Below, one piece after another: positions 25,301-38,932 of a stretch of 64,000 nt of DNA. Origin of the DNA: Podarcis vaucheri (taxonomy: Eukaryota); the NCBI GenBank assembly GCA_965113315.1, contig OZ220365.1; one strand, written 5' to 3'. The position numbers and the translations under genes were made by a program. Position 1 is the stretch's first letter, and every line of letters begins with the position of its first letter. Under the pieces are notes generated by a model. It was not told where the DNA came from. It saw only the letters and a list, made by a program, of their open reading frames with translations, and did not search any database.

Positions 25301-26518
25301 GCACAGGAGAAGGCTGCTGTGGGCAGACAAGTCTGTGGGTACCATGTTGCTGACCTATGGTATTAACCAACCTTCTAAATATTGTCATTTTCAGAATTTC
25401 ACCACTCATATAGACCGTGCCTCAAAAGTAGATGTATATCACGGAACATGTGTTGTAAGGTTAAGCCAGAACAGTCCTATCACAACCAGTTCTGTAGCAT
25501 GTTCTTTGAGCCTGCCATTATGTGCCTTTTTCTCTCTCTCACTAGTTGGAGGACAATAAACCTATTGCCTTGCAGCAGGCCAGATGCAGCTGTCTCCTAT
25601 GGTTACCACAGTTCCTGTCAGAAACAACCATTTTCATGTAGAGCGGCTGATAATACATGCTGTGTAAAATTGTCACTGCTGTGCTTTGGCACCATTTATT
25701 TCACTTCTATTTGCCACACACACACACACACAATATATATATATAATATCTGTTTATAGCACTCAAATAACTTGGCTCATGTTGGTGTTACAAAGAGTGT
25801 AGAGTGCATGTACTAAGTGATTTGGTCCCACCGGGACAGTGAGACAAGAAAGGTGAGGGGTTAAAGTAATGAACCACTTTCTGTTGGCTCAGATGCAAGG
25901 TGAAGAGAGCTTTTGTTGCTTGGCATCACACCTCTCGGCGCTTTTACTGAGATGTGTTCTGATTTCCAACCAGTGTGGTGTCTCGCAGGCTGCGTTTTGA
26001 GAAGTTCATGTTGAGAGTTTAAACAAGACCCCCCCCCAAAGCATACCTTTGCAGCATAGCTAAATGACTGGCAATCATCTTTCTTCACTGCTATGGTGAT
26101 GCAGTTCAGACACTTACTGCCTAGTGACAGGCTTCACATGGTGGAGAAGGGGGTGCATGCTCTCCCCACGCCCCCCCCCGGCATACCATGTGACTTAAGT
26201 TATTTGTCATGTTGATGCTCCCCCTCGAGGCCAGATTTCCATGAAATGTCCATCAAAAAAGAGGGTGGGCGGGCAAGGGCCAACAAAGAGACTTTTGTGC
26301 ATGCAGGCCTGCACATGGTGGGAGGCTATGCACACTCCTTCACTACAGAAAGACTCCAGCATGTCTGAAGCAAACCAACAAGACTTCTTGGGCCATGTGT
26401 TAAGGCAGACTCCCACTAAGTAGTTGCTTTCACATGGCAGGCACACCAGATATTGTCACTTCCCCTTTTGCATCCTCAGATTCGTGTGAAGAGTCTATAT
26501 TCTAAAATATACAAATTA

Positions 26519-26687
26519 CCGTATTTTTTGCACCATAACAATCACTTTTTTCCTCCTAGAAAGTAAGGGGAAATATCTGTGCATGTTATGGAGGGTATGC
26601 CTACGGGTGGCATGCCTACGGATTTTCCTTTTCTAAAAACTACGTGCGTGTTATGGTCGGGTGCGTGTTGTAGAGCGAAAAATACGG
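26519..26687. mobile_element. Tc1/Mariner-type MITE with CCGTATTTT TIRs
   Basis: TA|CCGTATTTTT ... AAAAATACGG|TA. Confidence 0.85.
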
Positions 26688-26864
26688 TATCTCTAAAATC
26701 TCAGTACCTCAGTGTACATGATAGTTTAGCTGTGTATCATAGGATCTAGGGGCAAGCATGTTGGAGAATTTCATTAGAAACAAAAGCAGAAATAGCTGCT
26801 GTTTGCATTTTCATTTCAGGTCCAGAATAAAAATCAGTCCATGGGATTGGTCCCATTATTGTGT

Positions 26865-27070
26865 TAGATTCAGGTAGGTAGCTGTGTTGGTCTGACACAG
26901 TCAAAATATATAAAAAATAAAAAAATTGTCCAGTAGCACCTTAGAGACCAACTAAGTTTGTTCTGGGTATAAGAAGAAGAGTGTATGCACACAAAAGCTT
27001 ATACCCAGAACAAACTTAGTTGGTCTCTAAGGTGCTACTGGACATTTTTTTATTTTTTTATATATTTCAG
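26865..27070. mobile_element. Penelope-like inverted (palindromic) insertion with degenerate hammerhead
   Basis: 47-bp perfect inverted arms 26927-26973 / 26998-27044; exact 12-bp TSD ccattattgtgt at 26853-26864 and 27071-27082. Confidence 0.8.
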
Positions 27071-27523
27071 CCATTATTGTGTGTGGGTTTTTTTTTTAGA
27101 AAAGACTGAAACAATATTTAATTAATGACTCTTTTTATACACATTGTTTTGATGTTTCCTTTACACTGAAATGAACAGTGTGGAAATATTTACATCATTA
27201 ATTACATAAAATTCATAGCCTATGTAAATAATTACACAAACTACCGGTATGTTAAGTAGCAGACAATAGAAATCGCTGCCTTCTTATGTCCCTGCTTGTT
27301 ACAATGGGAGCAAATGAGGTTGCTCAATCCAGAAATAGCCAGTTCAGAACCTCAGAAGGTAGAAAACTTGGTACACCCCCCTTTCTATCCTTTAGCTAAC
27401 TGAACAGTCTTTCAAACTGTGTGTGCGGGGTGGTGTTATTATTTTTGTGTGTTATTATGGTACGTATCTTGTGTGTGTTTTATTGTAAACCACCCTGTGA
27501 TCTTCAGATGAAGGGTGTTATAG

Positions 27524-27524
27524 A

Positions 27525-27585
<61 letters not shown>
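27524..27585. repeat. (TAA)n microsatellite, tail of a short + strand L2 3' end (27480-27523)
   Basis: About 20 perfect units after caccctgtgatcttcagatgaagggtg. Confidence 0.95.
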
Positions 27586-28916
27586 TAGCTGCAATCCAGG
27601 CATAGCAGAGGCATTATCAGAATTCAGGGACACATTCCAGCCAACCACACTGTTTGCTGCAGGAATAAAAGGGGCAGTTTCTATCACTTGCAGGGCATTC
27701 CTATACATTACGACATGGCAACAGCAAGAGTGGCATCTCCCCTATCAGCAATACTTTCTTATAAAGTGTCGACAATGCAACCTTATACATGCCTACTTAG
27801 AAGCCGACCCCTCTGGGTTAAGTGGGACTTGCTCCCAGGCAAATGCATATAGAATTGCCGCCATCAAGGCATCTAAATGAAACCTTCTTAAGCCCATCAG
27901 AAAACTGACACATGATCTACAACTCTGGTTATAACATTTAACTCTCAAATCTTATCCTAATCTCTCCGATAGTCATACATATTAGCCATTCATATTATTA
28001 TTTTTATTTCCCCTGAAAAAGTGAGAGGTGTTCCGTTCCCTGAAAGAGTAATTTGAAATGTGTTCGAAATAAAGTTTAATGCCTAGTTAAACGTTATGAG
28101 TTCTCTTTCATGTGGAGCTTGTGATTTATTTCCACAAGATATAAAAATAGAACCCACTGTCTCATTATAAGTAAAAGCGGGGAGAAATCCCGTCCTCATT
28201 ATGACTAATATCCTATTACTGTACTATTGCCTTATGTTTCAGCATTTTAATAACTTGTCATTGAAAGAAATACCTCAAGTGAATAATACACACTCCCTGA
28301 TTGACTATGTGGCTATAATTCAATCAAGGGTCTCTACTGACATCATAAGCCAAAAGGGGTCAGCCTGAGGGTTTATGAATGGCAGAAAAACTCTGTGATT
28401 GAATTATAACTTTGTTATTCAATCTGAGAACACATTTTCTTATTTATAGTATATAGAAAAATCTTATGAACTCCCTACCCCCACCCCCACCCCATTCAGG
28501 TGAAAGCAATATATCAAAATGCAGCAAGGCAACCATTTCTAATATTCAAGATGTGAAATCTCTTATACAGGAGAGAATGATTAATGCGGACATGACAGGA
28601 GGTTATTGAAGGTGTGATTGGGAGGAAGAAGGAGCAGAGCATGAGGAAATTAAAAGGAATATTTCATTGAAAAGTAATCAGAGTTTATTTCTTTCCTGGA
28701 AATGCTATTAGATAACTATAGTAACACAGAAACACAACCTAAACTGAAATTGTCACAGTCCTGCTCCTAGGTTATTTCCAGTTAGTATAATATTTAGAAC
28801 TGAGTCAGCATTTTATATCCTTAAGAATAGAAAAAGAGCTGTGCTGGGTCAGACTAACTAATCCAGCTTTCTTCTTCCAGTAGTAGTCAATGAAACTGGG
28901 TATTTCCCCTCATTGC

Positions 28917-29052
28917 CGGGATGGGGAACATGTGGCCTTCCATGTCTTGTTGGACTCCAACTCCCATCAGCCCCATCCAGGGTGGCCAACCACCTGTGAT
29001 GATGGGCATTGTAGTCCAGCAACATATGGAGCGCCATCACTTCCCAACCCTG
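28917..29052. mobile_element. Old palindromic hAT-like MITE (further decayed copies near 24000-24120, 29175-29270, 47840-47945, 49945-50045, 50930-51040)
   Basis: Self-complementary ~135 bp unit with ggactccaactcccatcag / tgatggg..ttgtagtcc core recurring through the window. Confidence 0.65.
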
Positions 29053-29328
29053 CCCTGTGGCATTCAGACTCACATGGAAGTGTCACAACTAATCTCCACT
29101 GATACATCTATCCTATATGAATTTTCTCTCTTCTTTTCAAACCAAAAACTAAGGTAGTGGCAATCTCCATTTGTCAGGGGATGGAAAACTGGTGACCCTC
29201 CATCATCACTGATGATTAGCCATACTGGCTGGACCTGATGGGAGTTGAAGTGCAGCAACATCGGGAGAGGGAGTTATGTTTCTGTTGAAGTTCAGGCATT
29301 GGATTTAAAAGTAGTATCTATCTAGCTA

Positions 29329-29549
29329 CAGTCGTACTTTGGAAGCTGAACAGAAACCATTCCGGAAGTCCATTCAACTTCCAAAATGTTAGATAACCAA
29401 GGTGCGGCTTCTGATTGGCTGCAGGACCTTCCTGCATGCAACTGGAAGCTGCTGAAGCCACGTTCCAAAGAATGTTCACAAACCGGAACACTCACTTCTG
29501 GGTTTGCACTGTTTGGCAGCCAAAACGTTCGACTTTTAAGGTACGGCTG
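29329..29549. mobile_element. Tc1/Mariner MITE (older)
   Basis: TA|CAGTCGTAC ... GTACGGCTG|TA. Confidence 0.75.
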
Positions 29550-30723
29550 TATTATCTAGCTAGCTAGCTAGCGATCAATGTAGCTAACATTTATTTAAAC
29601 ACATAAATACCCATCAGTCATCATTCTGATACTACACTATCTTTGTGAATAGTTGGGAGCAAACAAGTTCCTTTCCAGTGTTTTTAATCATACATGGGCA
29701 TTATGGTTGTTTGTTGCTGTCGTTATTGATATATACATAAAAAGTATATTCTGTGCGTCCATGCTCCTGATTGTTAGTTCTTAAACAGGTATGTGTACAT
29801 CCAAATGTGTAGGTTATGGATGATGGGAGTTTCAGGCCACCAATATCCGGAGGGCCTCAGGTTCCCCATCCTGTTGTTAGATGGACACATGGACCTTCAT
29901 TATACCTGTTTGAACCCAGGTGGGGCGTTTTTCAATCCAGTACCCTTCTCCCATCTTTTCAATACTTTGGATCTCATTTCCAGTGTAGCAGTTAATAAAA
30001 CATGTGAGCTGGCAAGAATCCCCGCTTCCAAATTTATTAAGGTTTTTGTCTCACAGTGTTACTTTTTTCCCTTTGGTTTTGATGGTCTGTCAAATGCAAT
30101 GAATCAATTTTCAGAAATAAAAAAGAATGTTGGAAACCAAAGTCTACCCAGTAATTGGAACAAGAGTCTCATAATTTCAAGCTCCCGAGAGAAGCTACAT
30201 TGGGGTGGGGAATAATATAGGTTTTTAAAAATTGTTCTATATAAAAATCACAGATCATTGACTGAAAAGAGAGTTGCAATTATTTTTAATATTTACAGTG
30301 AAGCAAGACATTTAATAAAAGTATAATAAATCTAAGGGTGGGTTCAAGTCAATACACATTTAATGCAGTACCATAACCTTATCTTGAAGGACCTCTTTCT
30401 TTTTTTCTAAATCTACGCAGAGGGTTCCTTTCCAAATAATCTTAGTTCTTTTCATAAAAAGCTGAAGTTTGTCCTCTGCAGGCACAAAACCCCAAAACGA
30501 GGAGCTGGGGAGAAAGTGGGAGTCACATGTGAAGCTGCCTTTAGACTGCACCTTCTTATATTAGATTCATGCTAACTTGGCAGGGTAGGGTGAAGGACTG
30601 GAGATTGGGAGTACTGTATAGGGAACCCTGTATAGGGAGGTTGTTAATGTTTGATGTCTTACTGTGTTTTAATTTGTTGGTAGCCACATAGAGTGGCTGT
30701 GGCAAACCAGCCAGATGGGTGGC

Positions 30724-30762
30724 ATCATCATCATCATCATCATCATTGTTGTTGTTGTTGTT
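30724..30762. repeat. Compound (CAT)n(TGT)n microsatellite at the tail of an L2 3' fragment
   Basis: Follows the L2-type hairpin gccacatagagtggctgtggcaaaccagccagatggg. Confidence 0.8.
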
Positions 30763-31008
30763 ACTGTTACTAGCTGAAGGACAGAACAGGAAGCTCAGCA
30801 ATGGCAGGCTCACTCAAAGCATTTCAAGGTATGGGGATCTGGCAACAATATAAACAAATAATGTGGATAATGATGGAGCCAGTGGGGCTTTATCACAGAC
30901 TCCTTTGAGCTCTTTAGCCATCTCTTCTTGCTCTATCCACAATGGATCAAATAAAAAGTTTATTTTGCCTTTCTGAATTTAATCCTGCCAACACATCCCC
31001 ATTTTGCA

Positions 31009-31192
31009 GTGCAATCCTGTTCCTGTCTGCTTAGAAGTAAATTTCATCAAGGGCCATGGTACTTACAACCAGGTAAGGGAGTATAAGATACCAGGCTGCT
31101 TGGCACAATCCTAACCATGTCTACTGAGAAATAGGTCCTACTAAAGTCAATGGAGCTTACTCCCAGTTAAATGGGTTTAGGGTTGCAATCCT
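31009..31192. repeat. Two adjacent copies of an old palindromic repeat (also ~27775-27862, 37935-38016, 50103-50230)
   Basis: gcaatcct..catgtctact.agaa.taag..cc..gagt.caatgg.gcttactcccag.taa....taggattgca motif. Confidence 0.6.
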
Positions 31193-32184
31193 AATCACCT
31201 TTAGCATATCCTGAAACATACCCAGCATGTCCTCCCAGAAATATATGAGTTACATTTGATAACTGTTGCTGTGCAATGGTAAGGGTTTGCTTCTCCTTAA
31301 CGGCACATTTCCTTCCCCCAAGTTGGTAAAATAATAAAAATAAGAAACGAGTTTTCCAATCACAGCTCCCAAATTGGGCCTGAAACTCTGGGTTGGCTCA
31401 AGATCTCTGCTGAGGCTCTCCACAGACTTTCCGGCATGATTTTCCCCCTTCGACCTGGAATGTTGCCATTGTTGCCTTGTCAAAGGTCAGCCTTTTGCCA
31501 TAACTCCTTTTCATTACATGGAACTGGCTTCTGGGAATGCAGAAGCCGTAAGCTGGCTTCCCGCCCCCCTTCCTGGTACTTTCTCCCATTAAGCTGCTGT
31601 TCATCTCAGCTCTCTATTTGAGCTAAGGAGGCAGCTGCAAAAGGAGAAGAAAGGAAGTCGTTACTTTGGTGCCTGTGGGAGAGGCATTGATGTTGCAACA
31701 GAGCTTATCAACAACTTCCATAGGCCCATGAATTCATGGAATTATTTTGCTCCCTGGGGTTCCACCAGTTTTGTTAAGTTTCCAATCGGCTCCACTTTTC
31801 ATTTCGACACACTCAACACTGGCTTATGAGAAGGAGAACACCTGAGGAAATTAGGCGAGGGAAGCCATTGTTCCATATAGTCAACAGAACTTCATAGTTT
31901 TTGTTTTTATGTGCACATAAATGCAACCGTCCATTCATAATGTGCATTGATTTACAGGAAAAAAATATTTATGTCCTGTCTTTCTATCCGTCGGGATCCA
32001 CATGGCTTAACAATATAAAATTAATACAGTTAAAAATGCAATAGGGATAGCAGAATTGTTTTAAATGCCCAGCAACAACAGTGAGTAGCATAATGAATCA
32101 GTTAGGAAAAATAGCACAAGCCCTTCTAAAGTCTTAGGGTCTGACTGAGGACATTCCTCTCTACAGAAATTTGAGAGGTGCCAA

Positions 32185-32185
<1 letters not shown>

Positions 32186-32215
<30 letters not shown>

Positions 32216-32221
32216 CATACA
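32186..32221. repeat. (TACA)n microsatellite
   Basis: About 9 perfect units. Confidence 0.95.
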
Positions 32222-33931
32222 ACATCATTTTATTTGTATGTTGCCTTTCCATGGTTCAAAACATGCTGAAGGCAGCTTAGATCATAAACAATATATAAAA
32301 CATCAAAAAGCACACAACCAAATTGAACATTACCATGTAAATTATAGTAAGATCTAAAATAAATATACTAAAAATATCAATAACAGCAACAGCCACTTGC
32401 CAACAAAACTCCATAAATAACACTCAGCCCTGGGTCAGGACCTTGCTCTCCCAGGCCAGATGGAAAAGGCCTGCAAGGCAGGGAACATGACTTTCAGGAC
32501 TCACAGACAAGATCGTCTATACTAAATTTCTGATGCCTTCTGAACACGTTTTTTTTTTCTTTAGACAAGCTTTCTCTGAAAATTGATCCCATCCATGTAC
32601 AACAAAATTTTTATACTGTTTCATTGCATATTGATATATTAAATTCTGTATATCACTCTGAACATTTCTAAATACAAAGTGTTCATAAAGTGTTCTAAAT
32701 ACAAAGTGTTCATAAATGAGTGTTCATAAATAAATTACAGAGAGAGAGAGAGAGAGTGTGCGCAAGCATGATGGTTGACTTTGTTTCTTTACTGACTCTA
32801 TTTCACTACTGGCGCTATGCCTCATAGTGTTTTCCTTCCTCCTGCTTCTCCTTTGAAACATGGGTAGGTCAGAGCCTAGCCTTTTAATATCTTATGAGAA
32901 CTATCAAACTCTGGGAACAGGATGAAACATTGCTCCGAACTGCTAAAATCACAGCTTGTAATGCCTTGCTGTAGTCTCTCAAATGTTAACAAATTCTACC
33001 ACTTTCACACATCTGCCTTAGGTGAAATCACACCTTTCTGTGGTGAAAGCAACGTAGCGTAGTGGATTGATGTTTTCACAGAGAAAACCACAAAAGGCAA
33101 TGAATAATTCGGGGTGGGGGGGACCCACACCTGTATTGCATCAACGGCACACTTTTTTATTTCAAGCAAAATGTACTGTAATGCCATATGATGAAGGTAA
33201 AATGTGAGGAAATCCCACTATTGGATGGTTGGACCCAACCACCTCCTGCTTCTCCAAAGAACGTCAAGATTTGTACAGTGCCTGTGAATTTAATTGCTTC
33301 ATTCTAATCTTCTGCTCCCACCCTTTTCCTTTTCCTGTTAAGCCCTTCTCAGCCAAAGCACGTTTCACTATTCTGAAATGATTCATCTCTCCTTCCAGCG
33401 TTCCAGCTATCTGTTTCTCTTCTCCACTTCCTAACATTCCCTGTTATATACGCTCTCCTGGTCTCCAAATGTTGCTCCAGTTGCTGTTTGATGGTGGAAT
33501 TTCCCAGGAAATCTAGGCCAAGGGGTTTGTACATGGATTTGGATTAATATCCTTTTGCCTTATTTGTATTATATTTGATATCAAAGCCAACACTCTATAA
33601 AAGCTGTATAAAAAGGCTGGTTCAGTATCTTCACCCCTGAAGGGCTTTCTTAAAAGCAATTGGATAGAAGGATGTTTCCAATCTTCCACTAAAATGTTTA
33701 TGAAACATCCTGTGGATCCAACAGCCTACATTTTGAAGAGAACGTTATAAGGTCAACAACAGCAAAAACTGGAAGGAGATAAATTTTCTGGTGATGTTAT
33801 CTTTCTCAGTAGCTAGAGAAATGACGCAGCAGGTGAGATGTTGCTTTAAATCTCTGCTAGACAAACCCAGAGGAGGAGACCTTGAAAACCTTTTCTTTGG
33901 CTGCTTCACTTCACAGTATCTTTCCACATAT

Positions 33932-34463
33932 TGAAATACTTTATTGTCACTTGTACAGCTTGTATACAGTGAGATTACACAAGCACCCCCACTCAGCTCT
34001 CTTAGTCTTAATTCCCCTCGTTTACTAACGCACACCCACCAAACCCGAAAGTCAGTTGCCCTGTTGTTATTTTTTTCATTCAGCAGCTTAACAGCCCACA
34101 GACAGAAGCTGCTCTTTACCCTGTTGGTGTGACTAATCATGCTTCTATATCATCTGCCTGAGGGCAGGAGATCAAGAAAGTGCTGGCCAGGGTGTGAATC
34201 ATCCCTGAAAATTTTCCTCACTCTCCTGAGGCAATGTTCTTCCGCTATTTCATTCAGCGGATTCACGGGACAGCCCATAATATCTTGTGCTGTATTCACC
34301 ACCCTCTGTAGGCACTTCCTATCAGATGATGTCAAACCAGCGTACCACACGGTGATGCAGTATGAAAGGACACATTCTATTGTTGACTGGTAGAAGGAGA
34401 TAATCAAATGTTGATTGACATTGTTCTTCCACAATACTCTGAGGAGATGGAGTCTCTGTTGGG
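33932..34463 (-). mobile_element. 5'-truncated Rex1/Babar-type LINE
   Basis: Translation AQQRLHLLRVL..FYQSTIECVLSYCITVWY..LQRVV..DDSHPG..LLPSGR matches the Rex1-type C-terminus; 3' end GACAATAAAG; 7-bp TSD cacatat (33925-33931, 34464-34470); in-frame stop at 34150-34152. Confidence 0.8.
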
Positions 34464-34474
34464 CACATATAAAA

Positions 34475-35412
34475 TGTTAGAGATTTAAAAAAACTGGCTC
34501 CAAAGACTTAGGTCTCAGGAGCCTTTAAATAATAAAATTTGGGTAAAATTGGTGAAGTAGTAGAATTTTATTAAAGGAAAAACATCATTGTGCGAGGATG
34601 GGTGACGAATACAGGCACACTTGGATCAGGAAAAACACAGGTTATAAAGTCCCCTGTCCAGCCGAAAGTCCCTCCTCTACACACCCATAGGAAAAGGCTG
34701 AAGAGTTTACAGCGTATCCCATCCCCTTATTAACATATTATCATCCTACTTTCTTCGCTACTCACTGTACAAATATGGTCAAAGCCGCCCTAATATAAAT
34801 TGATTGATGCATAAGCAGTATATTTTTATTGCAAGACTGTCCTACTTATATACGTGTTGACCGCGGGCTGCCCTAGTTACTAAGTGTTAACCACCATTTG
34901 TTTCTAATGCAAGCATAAGCCAGTTCCTTATCTGATAAAGTTAAGAAGACAAACCCCAATTCAACCACCAGTCACAGGTACATGCAGGCTTCGTATCTGG
35001 GTTCCTTACCACAAGCTACAGGCCTTTCAGGTGTGAAATGGTTTTGTGTCTAGGCTCCTAACCACAGGCTACATACTTCCTGTGTATCCTTTAGGTGAGA
35101 GCTGCTTCCATGTCTAGGCTAACCCTTATCAGCTATAAGCTATCAAATTCTATGCTCACTAATATCCTAGCAGACAGCTGCTCTTTAGATCTTTAGACTT
35201 TTATGAAAAAGCAAACAGAAGCATCATTAAAATGAAGAAGTATTAGAAAGGCAAAAAGTTGCTTAGAAACATCCTATTCAAAAATGGTCAAACTATAGAT
35301 TGAGATGGGTGTATCTTAATAAGAAGCATTAATAAAACGTTCTTATAATAATAAGCATTAATAAAAGTATCCCTTTCCTAGGGAAATAAGGAAAAGGCAA
35401 CATATTGGCAAC
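34475..35412 (-). mobile_element. Possible solo LTR (boundaries uncertain)
   Basis: TGTTAG...CAACA ends, antisense AATAAA near 34568, degenerate internal repeats 34960-35140; no TSD identified. Confidence 0.35.
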
Positions 35413-35630
35413 ATACTTCTCACATGAAATAGCAACTAAACAATAATAATAATAAAAATAATACACATCAACTTTTTCCAGGCCTTCAGAACCTGCAAAA
35501 TGTTACCTGCAAAATGTATTACTGGTTGTTTTTCTGTGTTTTATTGTGCATTTATGCTTTTAACTGTGATTTAAAGTTGTTTTAATGTTATTTCATGATA
35601 ATTGCAAACTGGCTTAAAAGAATAATTGAG

Positions 35631-35632
35631 GA

Positions 35633-35684
<52 letters not shown>

Positions 35685-35686
35685 AA
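35631..35686. repeat. (GAAA)14 microsatellite
   Basis: Perfect tetranucleotide array. Confidence 0.97.
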
Positions 35687-37480
35687 TCCAATGATTACCA
35701 CAGCTTCCCTTCAAACCTACCATCTTTAGTCACTGTGTTTCCATTGTAGAACCAATATAATTCCACTTCATGTTAAACACTTTTCAGAATTTTCTGTTTA
35801 TGGTCTATGAATGGACTTCCCCCCCTTTCCTCCCCCCCCCTCTTTGCTATGGAGGGCTTATTAGAGCAGTTTTATTGGTACTTTCACACATTTTCTTTGT
35901 TAAAGTCTAGTTTAGAAGCTAGTTTCAGAAGCTTGTAAACAGGAGGTGTAGCAATTTGTTTGGCAGTCATTTCATACACCCCTCCTGGTGAAAACAATTG
36001 GGTTACATGGGTGGCTTCTCCACTCGAGCAAAAAGCACATGCACCTCCTCCATTTTGAAAGGAAGCCAAAGTTGAAGGCAGCTGCCCTGTTGCCACCAGC
36101 ATATTGAGCCTGTGGTTTCAGAGCACGATTAGAGGTGCCTGAAATATGTTAGAGGAGCCAAAGGGGAAATGCTAAGGTCCAAACCTTACTTGAAAGAGCT
36201 GCGCCCTTCAGAAATTACTGATGTAATGGAAGGGCATTTTTATACAAGTTTAAATTGGCTTTCTCCCAACGTGTGAATGTTAAACCAATACATTAATTCA
36301 ATATACATTTGATTTTTTCTTCTGCAAACTGACCTACGTCAACAACATTCACACATGGTCCAAGTAGCAAGAGAAGAACTCAGCTGCACTTCGGAACGTC
36401 ACATTTACATTATTGCAATTTATGTATAGAATGGTACCATCTGGGATAGGGAGGTGGGTGGCCAAGGATGATGTGATACTTTGTGTTTTGTTTGTTGTTC
36501 TAACTTAATTGTCTTCTTGTATAATAAATAATAAAATCCAACAAAATATTTTAATATAAAAGAAACATCATATTTAATATAGGGTGAACCTATATTAATA
36601 GAAATAGGAGAGTTTTCAGAACAGTAAGATACTTGAAACTGTGTGAATCTTTCTTTCTTTCACTCACTCACTCACTCATATATAGGGATAGGTGGTTTCT
36701 CTTGGTTTCTCGTTTTTCCAGGCTTCAGTTCTTGACATTTCTGCATCAGTTTGCATTTTCAAAAGATGTCTCAGTGAAGATTTGCCAGCATTTTAGTGCA
36801 ACTTTTCTCCAAATATACACATATTTCTATGCCACTTTGCCTGCTCAACATATATTTGCTAGCAATTTCCTTATATGCACTTTAAATGTTATTTTCACTA
36901 GTATATGCATTATTATGCATACTCCTCCCAATATACTCATTTTTGTACACATTATTTAGTTGTGAAGCTGCATCACAAATGTCTGAGTAGTGTGAATTTC
37001 AAAGGATAGCTGGGCTTCTGTTCATGTATTGTTTTGGAAAGTACACTTTTTTAAAATTCTATTTCCATACCGCCCTTCTTCTGAGGATCACAGGGTGGTT
37101 TACAATATAAAAACACAAAAATACATAACATGGTAACAAACAAAAACCAGGTAGATTGACATTAATGTCAGGTAGGCTCACATTAAAATTCTAACGAAAT
37201 CAACTTTCTCCTTCATCCCTACTCACATATTCAGTTATATCTCCAAGAGCTTTGTAGATGATTACTTTGGCACTCTAGGTGTAAACAGAAAGGGAAATGG
37301 TATCTGGGGGAGAGAATACTGCAGGACTGTCCAATCTTTTTTGATCCTGCAATTTCCTCCACATAGACTATCAAGGGGGAAAGATCAATACAGAAATCGC
37401 GTATTGTGTGGTGGGTGGACATTGCAGAAAGTGACTAATGAGGGCTTCTCCAATAGAAATTATCATTAAAATATAATTTT

Positions 37481-37506
37481 TGATGATGATGATGATGATG
37501 ATGATG
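37481..37506. repeat. (GAT)n microsatellite
   Basis: About 8 units. Confidence 0.9.
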
Positions 37507-38932
37507 GAATAAAGTCCGTAGCTTTTTCTGCAGAGCCCTCTGATTTCTTAAGCAAGACTCACTGAGAGTCATGGCCCTCAGAGGCTGTAAGCCTAGAGGT
37601 TGTTAGCTTTCTTCTATAACTCTCCAGATAGTATATGTATGTATTTAGAATATGTATATATTTATTCAGGTTGGAGAGAGCAGCCTTCTCTGTTAATAGC
37701 TATGGTATTGTATAACAAGTCGACAAGCATCAAATTGCTCCTATGTTGAAATATGTTGTTCTTAGAGCTACTGAGAGTGAGTTTCCCTTGACAAGAAACA
37801 CAGATGTTTGAAACACAGAGGGAATTCTGGGAGATTTAAACCTAGTATCCCCCCCAATAAGTTGTTCTGCACAAGGTCTTCAAGTTTAAGGCTCCAAAAG
37901 GTATTCATAAGTGCACTCAGAAAAATCAATGGATCCAATAGCACAATACATATGCTTGGAGTGAGCTGAGTTCAAAGGGGCTTACTCTCAGGTAAGCATG
38001 TATAGGATTGCAGCCTAAGGATGTTTAGGACCACTCTCTGCCTCCCTCTCTTCAACTGCTTCTCTTAGTATTGGGCAAACTCCCTATAACAGGCACAATC
38101 CATCAAGCGTTATTTCTCATTAAATCCAATCTGAAATCAGTTTGAATCCCATTTGAAATGTCTTATTTGTAATTAACCACGTCTTAACCATGTCAGTATT
38201 AACCATGTTAAGCCTCGTTCCACTTTCAACAGGATAGGAGTCATAGCAAACTTTAAATATGGTCTTCAAACTAAAACTGTGTGTGTGTGTGCCTGTAACA
38301 TACACATAGCATATGTACGGAATTATAGGCAAAAGTTTTCTCCAACACATACTTTTAAGAGGTGATTTCGAGACTATTTCTTGGGAAGAAGAAAAAAAGT
38401 TAGTGGCATAAACGAAAAGTTAAAAACATTTTTTAAACTGTTCCAAGCCAACACCTTTTTCGGGCTTTTATCATGGCTTCCTCACCATTTGAGACATTTA
38501 TTTAAGTTATTAAAAATTCCCTAAAATTCACAGCTGAAAAGTTGGCTTCTGTTTTTTCTACCAAGCTAACTCACCTGATTTGTCAGAACAGCTTGAAAAT
38601 GAAGTGCTAACTGGTGGATTTTATTGAAAGGAAACCAAGTGGAACAACATATGTATTTTCTTAGGAAACTAAAAAGCTCACAGTGCTGTGCCATTCCTTG
38701 GGGTAAATTCTTTGTTATGAATTACAACCTGCTTACTGATGAGTTGTTAATAAAAAGTGGAGCTGCTGGGCCATTATTTTTTTCCACACAGTATACCTAG
38801 CATTGTTGGGTTTTTAAAGGTTTTTTTTTAAAAAAAATGGGGTTTCATTAATGCACTGAGTGTGAATAAATCTGTTTCCCATTTGTAATTGTTTTCCCTT
38901 CAACTAGACATTAATTTACTGCCAGATCTAAC

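Noticed and set aside
27439-27708. Poly-Tyr ORF
   Set aside because: Translation of the (TAA)n microsatellite.
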